A stretch of 64,000 bases of DNA from the NCBI GenBank assembly GCA_024679065.1, contig JAGIQG010000009.1, positions 81,220,001 through 81,284,000 of the forward strand, in the 5' to 3' direction. The DNA is from Sphyrna mokarran (Eukaryota). Of this stretch, positions 35,931 to 51,200 are shown piece by piece. The position numbers were made by a program, and so were the translations under genes. Within the stretch, counting starts at the first letter, position 1. Each line of letters opens with the position of its first letter. A model generated the notes under the pieces. It saw only the letters and a program-made list of their open reading frames with translations. It had not been told where the DNA came from and ran no database searches.

Positions 35931-38900
35931 TCTTCATTTGTCTCTCTTTCTACCCACCACACTCTTGCTGTCTCACTTTTTTGTCCTTCCTGTCTCACAC
36001 TCTTTGTTTATCCTCTCAATGACTCTTTCTTTCTCTCTTCTCATTTTCCCTCCCTCTATTCCTCTTCGTTTCTCCTTCACTTTATCTTATAAAGTTATAG
36101 AGTCCGAGAGGTTTACAGCAAAGAAACAGGCCCTTCAGCCCAACATGTCCAGGCTGGCACTTTTTTTAAATCCGTAACCAGAATTGCCCATGTTTGGCCC
36201 ATATCTCTCTATACCCATCTTACCCATGGAACTGTCTAAATGCTTTTTAAAAGACAAAATTGTACTTGTCTCTATTACTATCTTTGGCAGGTTGTTCCAG
36301 ACACTCACCACCCTCAGTGTGAAAAAATTGCCCTTTTGTGCAGTTTTGTATCTCTCCCCTGTCTTCTTAAACTTATGTCCTCCAGTTACTCTGCTACTTT
36401 TGGAAAAAGATATTGATTATCTGGTTGATCTATGCCCCTCATTATTTTATAGACGTCTGTAAGATCACCCCTCAGCCTTCTATGCTCCAGAGATAAAATT
36501 CCAGCCTCTCCTTATAACCAAAACCATCAAGTCCCGGTACAATCCGAGATAAATCTTTTCAGCACTCGTTCTAATTTAATGGTATCCTTTCTATAACAGG
36601 GTGACCAAAACTATATACAGTATTCAAAGTGTAGCCTTACTAATGTCTTCTATAAGTTCAACAAAATGTCTCGATTTCAGTATTCAATGTTCTAACCAAT
36701 GAAACCAAGCATGCCGAATACCTTCTTCACCACTCTGTCCACCTGTGACTCCATTTTCAAGGAGCTGTGAACATTTTTCGATTTTTTTGTTCTGTTAATC
36801 TCCTCAATGCCCAAACATTAACTGAGTAAGTCCTGCCCCTGTTCAATCTACCAAAATATATCATCTCGCATTTATCTAAATTAAACACCAGTTGTCATTC
36901 GTCAGCCCACTGGTCCAATTCAGGTTGCAATTGGAGATAACTTTCTGCACGGTCCACTATACCACCAGTCTTGGTGTCATCTGTAAAACGACTAACCATA
37001 TCTTCTATATTCTCATCCAAATCATTGATATAAATGACAAATAACAATGGACCCTTCATCGATCCCTGTGGCACATCACTCATTCTCTTTGTTCCTCTGT
37101 ACTCACATCTCACTCTGTCCCAGAAGAGGCAGCATCCTCCTGGTATCCACTCTGTCAATCCCCTCACAATCTGATATGTTTCAATAAGATCACCTCTCAT
37201 TCTTCTAAACTCCAATGGGTTCAGGCCCCATCTTTCCAATTTTTCTTCAAATGATAACCCCTCAACCCAGAAATGTGTTGTGTGAATCTTCTCTGAACTG
37301 CTTCTAACACAATGAAATCCTTTTTCAAATAAGGAGAGCTAAACTGTGCACAGTATTCCAGATGTGGTCTCACTGAGACCCTGTACAACTGCAATAAAAT
37401 TCCCTATTTTTATATTCCATTCTCCTTGTAATAAACACCAACATTCCATTTGTTTTCCTAATCACTTGCTGTAGCTGCAGACTAACTTGTTGTGATTCAT
37501 GTCCCAGGACTGCCAGATCCCTCTGTAGCACCGAGTTGTGCAATCTCTCTCCATTTCAATAGTTTACTGCTTTTCTATTCTTCCCGTTAAAATGGACACC
37601 TTCACATATACACAGGTTGAACTCCACATGTTTAGCCACTCATTTCTCCTGCCTCTACCCTTTATAGATTCCCTACCTCATCTTGATAACTTACTTTTCC
37701 CACCTATCTCAGTGTCATTGGAACATTAGTTCAAGTCATTCCCTTCATCCAAGTCATTGATATGGATTGTGAAGAGTTGTGGTCCCAGTACTGACTGTTC
37801 CAGACTTCCACTAATCACAGCTTCCCAACCCCAAATCAATCATTTATCCCTCTCTCTCATTTTTGTGAGCTAACCAATCCTCTATCTTTGCTGATATGTT
37901 ACCCACACACCATCATATCTTGTGTAGTAACATTTGATGTGGTAATTTATCAAATACCTTTTCGAATTCCCTATACATCATGGCTATAAGTTCCCCTTTA
38001 TCCATTTTGTGACCTCCACAAAGAAGACAATGACATTTGTATAACAGAAAGAAACTGCTCCACATCGACCATGATGTCCATGTCCCACTGGGGTCAATAG
38101 AGACCAGTAAACATGGGCCTCCTTCCCACTGGAGCCCCCAATAGAGACCAGTAAACATGGGCCTCCTTCCCACTGGAGCCTCCAATAGGGACCAGTAAAC
38201 ATGGACCTCCTTCCCACTGGAGCCTCCAGCAGCTGAGCTTCAAACTCCACATCCTCTCCATCACGTTGGCCTTTTATTTCCACAACATCGTCCGTCTCGA
38301 CACAACATCATTCCCTCAAATAGAGTAACCCTTACCCCTGCATGTTCCACCTGCTCACTCTGTTATTCCAATATCCCCTCCCAGCTCCCCTCATCCACAC
38401 TCCATAAACCTCATCTTGTCCCAAATGCAGTAGGTCCAGAGTCTAATCTCAGACCAAGTGTCGTTCCAACACCACCCCCACCTCACTGATCTATCACCCC
38501 TGACCTCACTGATCTATCACCCGTGATCTCAGTGATCAATCACTCCTGAGCTCATTTATCTTTCACCCCTGACCTCACTGTCCTCTAATTCTCTCCATGG
38601 CCTCACTCCCCCGTATCATGCTCCAGATTCACATTTCTTCCCTCACCTTCCATCTACTGACTCTGCTCCCTGGCCCATCACTGCTTCCTTCATCCCACCA
38701 TTGACAGCAGAGTCTTCAAACACCCAGGCCTTGCTCTCTGTCCTCCCACCCTTCATCCGTCCCTCTCTTCAAATCTTTCTCCTCATCAAACTCCATTCTT
38801 TCACCCAAGCCTTTGATCTCTCTTCCGAAACTACCCCGAGCCACTCCTCCATTCCTCTTATGCTGCTCTGTGAAACATAATGGGCTGTGTTATATACTAA

Positions 38901-39956
38901 GGTGTTATATAAATTCAGGTTCTGTGTAGATTTTGAATGGGGACAGTGGTGAAGGCTTTTGCAGTCAAATATCCTGCTGACAGGATCCAGACTTCAACAC
39001 ACAGAATGGGACATTGTGTAAAGTAGGAATTCTTAAAAATGTATTCATTGATGGGATGTGGGTGTCACTGGCTGTCCCAACATTTATTGCCCATCCCTAA
39101 TTGTCCTTGAGAAAGTGGGGATGAACTGCCTTCTTGAACTGCTGCAGCCCATGAGGTGTACACACACCCACTGTGCTGTTAGGGAGGGATTTTCAGGATT
39201 CTGACCCAGTGACAGTGCATGAACAGAGATGTATTTCCATTTCAGAATGGCATGTGGCTTGGAGGGGAATCTCCTGGTGATGTTGATCCCAGGGATCTGC
39301 TACACTTGTCTTTCCAGATCATAGTGGTCATGGGTTTCAAAGGTGCTGCCTCAGGAACCTTGGTGAGTTCATGCAAGGCATCTTATAGATGGCACACACT
39401 GCTGCCACTGTTCGACAGTGATGGAGGGATTTAATGTTTGTGAATGGGGTGCCAATCAAGTCGGACTGCTTTGTTCTGGATGATGTTGAACTTCTTGAGT
39501 GTTGCTGGAGCTCTTCTCATCCAGACAAGTGGAGAGTATTCCATCACACTCCAGACTTGTGCCTTGTAGATGGTGGAGAGGCTTTGGAGAGTCAGGATGT
39601 GAGTTACTCGCTGCAGGATTCCTATCCACTGACCTTCTCCTGTCGCCACACTATTTATAGGCTGGTCCAGTTCAGTTTCTGGTCAATCATAACCAACAGG
39701 ATTTTACAGTGGGGGATTCAGCAATGGTAATGACATTGAATGTCAAGGGGAGATGTTAAAATTCTCTCTTGTTGGGGATGGTGATTCTGTGGTACTGATG
39801 TGGCATGAATGTTACTGCTTCAATATCTGAGGAGTTGTGAATGGTGCTGAGCATTGTGCAATCATCAGTGAACATCCCCACTTCTGAAGGTCATTACTGA
39901 ATCAGCTGAAGATGGTTGCGTCTCAGACACGACCCTGAGGATCTCCTGCAGTGATG

Positions 39957-40332
39957 TCCCAGGATAACTCCCTCCTGACTGTATCCCACTGTGCCTTCTG
40001 TGCTGGGAGATTGGAGGTAGTGAACACGGTTCACCATTTTCTCCCGTCTCAGTAACAAACATCCAGCTGCTCTGAGCTCCTTCTTTCACTTCCTCTGTTG
40101 GTTACGTTTCAATCTTCCGATCTGACAGTCTTTGCAGTTATTTTTGACACTGGGGATTTGTGCTGTGGTCTGAATCTCTAACAATAACTGTCCAATCAGT
40201 GAAAAGAACAACAGCTCAGAGCAGTCAGGACTGAGGAGCCAGGCTCACTGGGAAACACATTGGGAAGATCAAAGCCATGGTCTTCAGCTCCCGATACAAA
40301 CTCCATCCCTCCCCCTGAGCACTGTCTGCTGC
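39957..40332. promoter_or_regulatory. Candidate upstream enhancer of cluster 2 (EICE 40084-40095)
   Basis: Identical to 11162-11537. Confidence 0.5.
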
Positions 40333-41132
40333 ATCGGCACCCCCACATCCCTCATTTGCGATTGTTTCCCCAATCTACTTCCCCACTGCCCTGATCACAG
40401 GCCCCGACTTCCCCATCCCCACCTCCCCTTCCCCCATAGACTGACCTCATGATGGCTTCCCCACCTCCTCCAATTGCCGGCCCTGACACCCCACTCGCGA
40501 ATCACCAGCCTCTTCCCAATGGCTTCCTCAACTGGAAGGTTCCTGCTGAACTCAGCAACAACTCTGGTCTCCCCCACCACCGCCCCACCTTCTCCACACA
40601 CCAGCTTCTAAACAAACATCAGCGATGGAATTGTAGAGACATGCAGGAAGAAACTTTAGTAAAAGTCAAACCAGCTTTAGCATCATCGTCACTGCTGATG
40701 CACTTTGACCCGAGCAAACCATTCGGAATTATTTGTGACACCTTGCCATTCTTTGCAGGGGGAATGTACACACAGTAGATGGACAGTTGTTGAGTGACGT
40801 TCAGTCAGATATAGAAGGAAAAGTCGGTGAGTCCAGCAGGCAGAGAAGACTTGGGCCTGATAAGGCACATGGGAGGATTGGAAGGTTAAACAGCATCTGT
40901 TTTAATACAAGGAGCCTGTCTGATCAGGCAGATGAACTTAGAGAGTTGGTCAGCACGGGGAAATATGAGATTGTTGTAATCGCTGAGACATAGTTGAAAG
41001 AAGGACAGGACTGGAATCTCGACATTCCAGAGTATAGAAGTTCCAGGCGGGATCGGGATGCAGGGGTGTGTAAGATAGGAAGGGATATTGTTTTATTGAT
41101 TAAAGAGACAAAGCCTGCAGTAATGAGGGAGA

Positions 41133-43330
41133 ACATAGAACATAGAACATTACAGCGCAGAACAGGCCCTTCGGCCTTTGATGTTGCGCCAACCAATTAA
41201 GAAAAAGCAATGACCCTGTAACCTAAACCATTCCCTTTTCATCCATAAACTTATCTACTAACCTCTTGAATGCCACCAAACTTGGCGCATCTACAACTGC
41301 AGCAGGCAGGGCATTCCATCCCCTTACCACCCTCTGGGTAAAGAACCTACCTCTGACATCCATCCTATAACCACCACCCCTTAATTTAAAGCTATGTCCC
41401 CTCGTGCTAGCTTTCTCCATCCTAGGAAAAAGGCTATCACTGTCCACCCTATCTAAACTCTAATCATCTTATATGTTTCGATTAGGTCCCCTCTTAGCCG
41501 CCTCCTTTCTAACGAAAACAACCTCAAATTCCTCAGCCTCTCCTCATAAGACCTGCCCTCCATACCAGGCAACATCCTGGTAAACCTCCTCTGTACCCTC
41601 TCCAATGCCTCCACATCTTTCTTATAATGCGGGGACCAGAACTGCACACAATACTCCAAGTGCGGCCGCACGAGAGTTTTGTACAGTTGCAACATGACGT
41701 TGCGGCTCCGAAATTCAATCCCCTACCAATAAAAGCTAAGACTCCATATGCCTTCTTAACAACCTTCTCGACTTGACTGCCTACTTTCAGGGATCTATGC
41801 ACAAATACACAAGATCCCTCTGTTCATCAACACTATTAAGAATCCTACCATTAGCCCTATACTCTACACATTTATTATTCCTGCCAAAGTGCATTACCTC
41901 ACACTTTTCCACATTAAACTCCATTTGCCACCTCTCAGCCCAGCTCTGCAACTTGTCCAAGTCTCTCTGCAAACTATAACACCCATCTTCACTATCTACC
42001 ACTCCACCGACTTTAGTGTCATCTGCAAATTTACTAATCCATCCTTCAATACCCTCATCCAGATCATTTATAAAAATTACAAAACAGCAGGGGCCCCAAA
42101 ACAGACCCCTGAGGTACACCACTTGTCACCGAACTCCAAGATGAATATCTCCCATCAACTACCACCCTCTGTCTTCTATCTGCTAGCCAATTCCTAACCC
42201 AATTAGCTAAATCACCCTCTATCCCATACATCTGCATTTTCTGTAGAAGTCTTCCATGGGCCACCTTATCAAACGCCTTACTAAAGTCCATACATACCAC
42301 ATCAACTGCCTTACCCCCATCCACCTCTTTGGTCACTTTTTCAAAAAACTCAATGAGGTTAGTAAGGCACGACCTAACCTTCACAAAACCATGATGACTA
42401 TCTCCAATCAATTCATTTCTCTCTAAATAACTATAAATCCAATCCCTAATAATTCTTTCCAATACTTTACCCACAACAGAAGTAAGACTCACCAGTCTAT
42501 AATTCCCAGGAAAGTCTCTCTTCCCCTTCATGAACAATGGGACCACATTCGCTATCCTCCAGTCTCCCAGCACTGTACCTGTAACCAATGACGACCTGAT
42601 GATCAGAGCCAGAGGCTCTGCAATCGCCTCTCTCGCCTCCCAGAGAATCCCGTCCGGCCCAGGGGACTTATCTAACTTCAAACCCTCAAGAATATCTAGC
42701 ACATCCTCCTTATCCACTTCAATACTTTCTAGTTTGCAACCCTGTATCCCAGCGTTCTCCACAACTACATTTACATCTCCCTGCATGAATACTGAAGAGA
42801 AATATTTGTTCAGTGCCTCTCCAATCTCTTCAGGCTCCACGCACAACTTCCCACTACTGTCTCTGACTGGCCCTAACCTTGCCCTAACCAATCTTCTATT
42901 CTTAACATATCTAAAGAAAGCTTGAGCATTCTCCTTGATCCTATCAGCCAATGTCTTCTCATGTCCTCTTTTAGCTCTTCTCAACTCACTCTTTAGCTCC
43001 CTCCTGGCTAATCTATAGCACTAACTGAGCCTTCAAGCCTTTCCAGTGCATTAACTGAGCCTTCAAGCCTCATCCTGACATAAGCCTCCTTTTTCCTTTT
43101 AACCAGCGAATTAACTTTTTTATTACAGCATGGTTCCCTTACTCGACCATTTCCTCCTTGCCTGACAGGGACATACTTATCAAGGACTCGCAGTAGCTGC
43201 TCCTTGAATAAGCTCCACATTTCAGATGTTCCCAGCCCCTGTAGTTTCCTAGTCCAACCTATGCACCCTAATTCTCTCCTAATAGCCTCATAATTACCAT
43301 TCCCCCAGCTATAACTACTGCCCCCAGGTT
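41133..43330 (-). mobile_element. 5'-truncated CR1 (about 2.2 kb of ORF2), unit-2 specific
   Basis: ORFs 42064-42984, 41787-42122 and 41453-41695 with RT motifs; (catagaa)n tail; absent at about 17290. Confidence 0.92.
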
Positions 43331-43929
43331 CCTATGATATGTAGCAAATCACAGAGAGAGACGTGAGAGGAATAAGGCGATAGTAACAAAGGACTTCAAC
43401 CTCGCCAATGTTAATAGAATCACCTGAGTGTGAAATGTTTAGACAGGGTGGAATTTTGGAAGTGATTCCAGAAGAGCTTTCTCTGTCAGTAGATAGATAA
43501 TCCAACTCAGGATGGCTCGTGCTCGACCTAATCGTTAGGAATGAATCCGGGCAAGTTGTTGAAGTGTCAGTGGGGTGAGCATTTTGGGGATGGGGTAGGT
43601 GGACAGAGCAATGAAACATAGAATTTAATCCTGATAAGTGTGAGGTGCTGTATTTTGGGAGATGTGGTAAGGGTAGGATATACACAATGAACGGTGGGTC
43701 CCGAGGGAGAATTGAAGAACAAAGGGACTTTGGTTTACAAATCCATGGATCCCTGAAGATTGCATTACAGAGAGAGAGTGCGATGAAGAAAGCAATTGGA
43801 ATGCTTGCCTTCATTAGCCAGAGGTCGAATACGGGAGCAGGTAAATGGGATGAGTATAGATTGGTATTGGATGGTCAGCATAGACATGGTGGGCCGAAGG
43901 GCCTGATTCTGTGCTGTGTAACTCGATGA

Positions 43930-46054
43930 CACAAAATGGACTTGGAACAATTCTATCCCATAGACTGGAGGATGGAATAGAGAGGCTAAATTCATTTGTT
44001 TTAAGGACTTTGTTAGACGTTGAGAAAATCTCCTCACAAATTGACAGAGAAAGCCCAGCACTTATCCACACAGTGAAAAATTTCACCAATATGTCTATGG
44101 GCGGCATTTCACCATCGTGTCAGACCATAAGCCATGGTTGGGACTTTTCCAGGACATTAAGCCAGTGCCACCTATTGCCTCTGTCAGGGTGCAGAGATGG
44201 GCATTGCTGCTGGCACTAAACAGCTAAACCTTCCAGCATAGGCCAGGAACACAGATCTCAAATGCAGATGCATTGAGCCGCCTGCCGCTACCACAGACCA
44301 TACCGTCACCGCCTGTTCCACAGGAGATAGTATTGGCTCTGCATTATTTGGACACCCTGCCTGTCTCAGCAGCTCACATTCAGATGTGGACAGATAGGGA
44401 GCTGGTGTTAGCAAAGGGCAAGAAAATGGTACTGACCGGATGGCACTTTGACAAGGCAGAGCAAATGAAGCTGTATTTACATTGCAGGGACCAGATACCC
44501 TGTGAAGAGGGGGTGCTATTGTAGGGTGTCAGTTTCATGGTATTACCCCTTGTGCAATGGCCACTGCTACAAAAGTTACATGAGACCCAAATTGGCCAGA
44601 GGAGAACTAAAGTGTTGGCCAGTAGTTATGTCTGGTGGCCTGGCATGAACAGAAACATTGAATAAATGTTTGGGCAGTGTGAGAGTTGTCCGACTCAGCA
44701 AGCATTACCTCCATCAGTGAACATGCTGCCTTGGTCATGACTTCTTGTAGGTTTTGGACAGATGTTCCTGGTGTTAGTCGATGCCCATTAAAAGTGACTG
44801 GACGATCAGTTCATGAGACCCATCACATCCTCCATTTACCATCGATAAACTGAGGCAGATCTTTGTGATCCATGGTCTTCCTGAAGTGTTGCTATCAGAC
44901 AATGGAGCAGCATTCACGCTGATGAATCTCAGACTTTGATCAAGTCTAATGACATTTGTCATGTCAGGCCAGCCCCTGACCATCCTGCTTCGAATGGGTT
45001 GGTGGAGCGAGCGATGCAATGTTCAAGGCTTCATGTGAAGCAGGTTCATGGACCGCTGCCATTGCGATTGGCCAGTTATTTGCTGTCCTACAACACTACA
45101 CCGCACACCATCACTGGGGTCATGTCGGGGTCACACCCGGAGAGTTGTTATTGGGTCGGTGCCTGTGTATCTGTTTAGATTCAGTGTTCCCAAATTTGTT
45201 GGGGAGGATGAAGGCTCAGCGAGCCTCTCAGAAAGGGTATCGTGACTCTCAGAAAGGTGACAGATTGTTTAATGTTGGCAACCTTATGTTGAGTGGGAAT
45301 TTGGATGGTGGACCCAGTTGTGGAGAAGACAGGACCAGTCTCATATTTGGGGGAGACACAGGGCTGTGGAGTTAAGGAACATATTGGTTACCTACGCAAG
45401 AGAGTAGACCAAGCTCCAGGGGATGAGCAATTGGGCCCCGTAACCAGATTGTGTGTACCAGCCTCTGAACAAGACAATTCCATGTCCATCGTGTGGCCAA
45501 GGCAGTGTCTGGCTTGGGTGGGTGAGGCAGAGAAAAGGAGCTGCCCAAGGCCTAGCTCCAGAGATGGTTCGCACATCCACCCCATCAGTGGATCCTGTAT
45601 CGATGGCTGCTGAAGTGCCCCTGATAGAGTTGCAGTGTTCCGCAAGGTTCCAGAAATCTCTGGACCAGCTGACATTATGAACTGTCTTTCCCTGGTGTCC
45701 CTCCTGTAATATTGTTGTTTCTCTGCCTGTGTGTTAACTGTTGTACTTTTTGTTTGATCACAGGGAGTCCAAGATGTTCCAGGGGAAGGAGTGTGTGAGC
45801 CTGGCCCCTTTAAGGGGCAATCCTTCACAGGCCACATGACCAGACCGGAGCCAATGGACTGTGAGGATGTGAACCTGGGCCAATCGGGAGTGAGGGTGAT
45901 CATTCCTGGGACTGGAGGCTTCAGTTGGAGTCAGGATGTTGTTGGTAATAGAGCTGTTTGTTTGTGTTGTTAAACCCTTCATTGGAAATACTTCTTCTCA
46001 TCAATAAAGCCTTTCGTGAGTTATTTCTAAATCCAGTCTCCAGCACTTATTACA
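43930..46054 (+). mobile_element. Gypsy remnant, unit-2 copy (LTR about 45792-46054); a further RT/RNase H linker piece at about 40620-40760
   Basis: Integrase motifs (YVWWPG, SDNG, HPASNGLVERA), polypurine tract 45781-45791, and LLMHFDPSKPFGIICD peptide. Confidence 0.78.
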
Positions 46055-48279
46055 ATCAGCATCTCTACCATTTTGGATAGCAACAGTCTCTGATAACATC
46101 AAATACACACACTAACTATTCAACTCCAACAGTTTCACCAGCTGCTGTCACCCTCCCTACTTCCCTCCATTTATTCTGCATTCTCACCATCTCCCCTCCA
46201 TTTCTCACTGAATCCTCCACTTTCCTGCTCTTTCCTCTGTCCAGGTTCACCTGCCCCCTTCCCCTTGGGATTGTTCCATTGCTTTGTTCCAGAAACTTTC
46301 TGGTTGTGATCAGGGTTCTCTCCACTGCAACCCGAGACATTCGGTCTGGGCTACTGTCGATGTTTAACATTCTGTCCCACCTTGGACTGAATACATAACC
46401 AGTGAGAGTCCGACCCACACGGTGAGAGTTTGTCACCGTAAAGGAGTCAGGGATCCTGAATGCTGCCATATAACCTGTGTGTGATAATTATTCACTGGAT
46501 TTAGCTCAGAGTTACATAATATTAGATATTGTTTTGGAACAAAGGGAAATCTCAATGTTCAGGAAACAGAGGTGATTGAGAAGAAAGGGGGAGCTTCATG
46601 TAATAGTGTGTGTGTCTCGCCGTCAGTTCATGTATATAGTTAAATGCATTGTCGTGTGTTATAGAGTTTGTGTGTTTTTTTCTACATGTTGTGGATAGTC
46701 TGGAGGGATGTCTGAAGTTGCAGCGAGACATAGATAGGATGCAAGACTGGGCGGAGAAGTGGCAGATGGACTTCAACATGGATAAATGTGTGGTGGTCCA
46801 TTTTGGCAGGGCCAATGGAATGAAGGAGTATAATATCAAGGGTCGTAGTCTTGGCAATGTTGAGGAGCAGAAGGATCTTGGGGTCCAGGTCCATAGGTCT
46901 GTTAAATCTGCCCCGCAAGTGGAAGATGCGGTCAAGAAGGCATACAGCCTTCATTAATAGAGGGATTGAGTTTAGGAGTCAGGAGTTGATGCTGCAACTT
47001 TGTAAGACCCTTGTTAGACCCCACTTGGAGTATTGTGTGCAGTTCTGGTCACCTCACTATAGGAAGGATGTGGAAGGCATTGAGAGGGTGCAGAGGAGAT
47101 TTACAAGGATGTTGCCTGGATTGGGGGGCATGCCTTATGAAGATAGGTTGAGAGACCTCGGTCTCTTCTCCCTGGAAAGATGAAGGTTGAGAGGCGACCT
47201 GATAGAGGTTTATAAGATGTTGAGAGGAATAGAGAGAGTGGATTCTTGGAGGCTATTTCCTAGGGCTGAAATGGTCTCTATGAGAGGACACAGGTTTAAG
47301 GTGCTAGGGGGCAAGTACAGAGGAGATGTTAGAGGTAAGTTTTTCACTCAGAGGTTGATGAGTGAATGGAATCGTTTCCTGTCAATGGTGGTAGAGGCGA
47401 ACTCGCTGGGGTCTTTTAAGAGACTTCTGGATGAGTACATGGGATTTAATGGGATTGTGAGTTGAAGATAATTCTATGGCCTGGTAAGTATAGATGCGAT
47501 CGGCACAACTTATGGGCCGAAGGGCCTGTTTGTGCTGTAGTGTTCTATGTTCTAGGAATGAATATTCTGCATTAATTATTCACACAAAGACTGGACTATT
47601 TCTCCCTGGTTCACACACTTTTCTCACAGGATACTAAAGTGAAAATCTACACCACTAAGAACCAGTGTTCCATGTTCCCATTCTGAGCTTTGAGATCCTT
47701 TCACATTTAACATCAGTGTGGGTCTTAACACCTCAAACAACATTCTATTCTCTCAAAAGTAACTCTGCAGATTGTTGCTGGTGATTTTAAAATGATTCCT
47801 GATCCGAATAGTTTTATTGTCGAGCTGCCTTCTTTAACCTGCTACAAATTGCATCCATTAAACTTTTGGATTTATATTTTGGGAAGAGACAAACACATTT
47901 TAAACTCTTCTTTGAGCACAGAAGCTTTCAGCATTTGGATTTGTGTCAATTGTTGTCAAATCTTCTACAATAAACATTTCCTGTTGAGAACATTTTCATT
48001 ACCCAAACCTGAACCTTTAAACTTTGTAAGAATGATAATTTCCACGATCAAAATTGAAACTCTCTCTTCCTGATGTGTGTGGCTTTGTATCCAGATTGAA
48101 ATCCCACACGTTTATTAACACATATTCTTTATCTTAGATAACATCTTTGTATCTCAAAGGTCACTTGCTGAAAGGTCAGATTCTTATTGAACAGTGTGTC
48201 CATATCAGATCTCCTATCCCCAAGTAGAAAATAACAGTGGTCCTGAAGGGGTTAAATCATTTTCCACAGAATCCCTAAC

Positions 48280-51200
48280 ATAGAACATAGAACATAGAAC
48301 ACGACGGCACAAACAGGCCCTTCGGCCCACAAGTTGTGTCGAACACATCAAAACCTACCCAGCCATAGACCTATCTATAACCCCCAATCCCATTGGATCC
48401 CATATACTCATCCAGAAGTCTTTTAAAAGACCCCAGCGAGTTCGCCTCGACCACCACCGACGGCAGCCGATTCCATTCACTCACCACCCTCTGGGTGAAT
48501 AACTTTCCCCTAGCATCCCCTCTGTACTTGCTTCCCTGCACCTTAAATCTGTGTCCTCTCGTCGCGACCATTTCAGCCTTGGGAAATAGTCCCTGAGAGT
48601 CCACCCTATCTATTCCTCTCAACATCTTGTAAACCTCTATCAGGTCGCCTCTCAACCTTCGTCTCTCCAGGGAGAACAGTCCCAGCTCAATCAACCTGTC
48701 TTCATAAGTGATGCCTCCCAATCCAGGCAACATCCTTGTAAATCTCCTCTGCACCCATTTAATAGCTTACACGTCCTTCCTATAGTGAGGCGACCAGAAC
48801 TGCGCACAGTACTCCAAGTGTGGTCTGACAAGAGTCCTATAAAGCTGCAGCATTCCCTCCTGACTCCTGAACTCAATCCCTCGACGAATGAAGGCCAGTA
48901 CACCGTAAGCTTTCTTAACCACATCCTCCACCTGGCAGGCCGATTTGAGAGTCTTATGGACCCGGACCCCAAGATCCCTCTGCTCTTTCACACAGCTAAG
49001 ACTCCTATCTTTGATAGTGTACTCATTCATCCCGTTGGATCTGCCAAAATGGACTACAACACATTTATCCGCGTTGAAGTCCATCTGCCACTTCTCCGCC
49101 CAGTCTTGCATCCTGTCGATGTCCTGCTGCAACTTTTGACATCCCTCCAGACCATCCACAACACCACCGACCTTCGTGTCATCGGCGAACTTACTCACCC
49201 ATCCCTCCACTTCCTCATCCAGGTCATTTATGAAAATGACAAACAGCAAGGGTCCTAGAACAGATCCCTGGGGCACTCCACTGGTGACCGACCTCCATGC
49301 AGAAAAAGAGCCATCCACAACCACCCTCTGCCTTCTGCAGGCAAGCCAGTTCTGGATCCACACGGCCAAAGCCCCTTGGATCCCATGGCCTCTCACCTTC
49401 TCAAGAAGTCTTGCATGTGGGACCTTGTCAAATGCCTTGCTGAAGTCCATGTACACCACGTCCACTGCTCTTCCTTCGTCAACGTGTTCAGTCACATTTT
49501 CGAAGAACTCAATTAAGCTCGTAAGGCACGACCTGCCTTTTACAAAACCATGCTGACTATTTCTAATCAACCTAAACTTCTCCAAATGCTCGTAAATCTT
49601 GTCCCTCAGAAGCCTCTCCATCAGCTTACCAACCACTGAGGTCAGACTCACCGGTCGGTAATTTCCAGGACTATCCCTGTTCCCTTTCTTGAAAATAGGG
49701 ACCACATCCGCAATCCTCCAATCCTCCGGAACCTCTCCCGTCTCCATCGACGACGCAAAGATCATCGCCAGGGGCTCTGCAATGACATCCCTCACCTCCC
49801 ACAATAACCTGGGGTACATCCCATCTGGTCCCAGAGACTTGTCTATCTTGATAGCATTTAAAAGTTCTAACACATCCGCTTCCTTAATATCTACATACTC
49901 AATCTTTTCAGTCTGCCGCAAACTTGTAGTGCATCCTCCCAGATCACTTTCCACCGTGAATACTGAGGCAAAGTACTCATTAAGCACCTCTGCCATTTCT
50001 TCCGGTTCCATACAGACTTTTCCCCCTTCACCTTTTATAGGTCCTATCCCTTTTCTTCTCATCCTCTTACTTTTCACATATTTGTAGAAGGCCTTGGGAT
50101 TCTCCTTAATCCTACCATCCAAGGCCTTCTCATGACCCCTCCTGGCTCTCCTAATTTCCTTTTTAAGCTCTCTTCTATCAGCCTTATACTTCTCTAGATC
50201 CTCAACATCTCCTAGCTCTTTGAACCTTTTATACACTTTTCTTTTCTTCGTGACTAGGTTCACCACAGCCTTCGTGCACCACGGTTCCCTCGACGTACCA
50301 AAACCTCCTTGTCTCACCAGAACGTTGTCGTGCAGAGCTCCAGACAAGCATTCCTTGAATATCTGCCACCTTCCTTCTGTGCTTTTCCCCAAGAACACCT
50401 CCTTCCAGTTTATTCGCCCCAACATCTGCCTGATGTCTTCATATTTCCTCTTATTCCAGACAAACACCTTCCTAGCCTATCCTTTTCCAATGCAAGGTGA
50501 AGGAGATAGAATTATGATCTCCATCCCCAAGATGCTCTCCTACCGAGAGACCCATCACCTGTCGTGTTTCATTAGCTAGTACCAGGTCCAGTACAGCCTC
50601 TCCTCTCGTAGGCTTGTCCACGTGCTGTGTCAGGAAACCCTCCTGAACACACCTAACAAACTCCTCCCCATCCAAACTCCTTACCCTTGGGATATTCCAG
50701 TTGATGTTTGGGAAATTGAAGTCTCCCATCACAACAACTCTGTTATTTCTACATCTCTCCAGTATCTGTTTCCCTACCTGCACCTCAACTTCCCTGTCAC
50801 TATCTGGCGGCCTATAAAATACACCCAGCAATGTCACTGACCCTTTGCTATTTCTAACTTCCACCCACAGAGACTCCGTAGACATTCCCTCCTCGGTATC
50901 CACCTTCTCTGCAGCCATGACACTGTCCCTGATCAACAGTGCAACGCCACCACCTCTTTTGCCTCCCTCCCTGTCCTTCCTGAAGGATCTGAATCCCGGG
51001 ACCTGTAGTACCCAGTCCTGTCCCTGAGACGTCCAAGTCTCTGTAATGGCCACCACATCACAATCCCAAGCAGCAATCCACGCCCTAAGTTCATCCACCT
51101 TATTTACTACACTCCTGGCATTAAAATAGACACAGCTCAGTCCCTCAGACTGGACATTTCCCTTCTCCCCCACTCGTCTAACCTGCCTCTCATCCTGCCT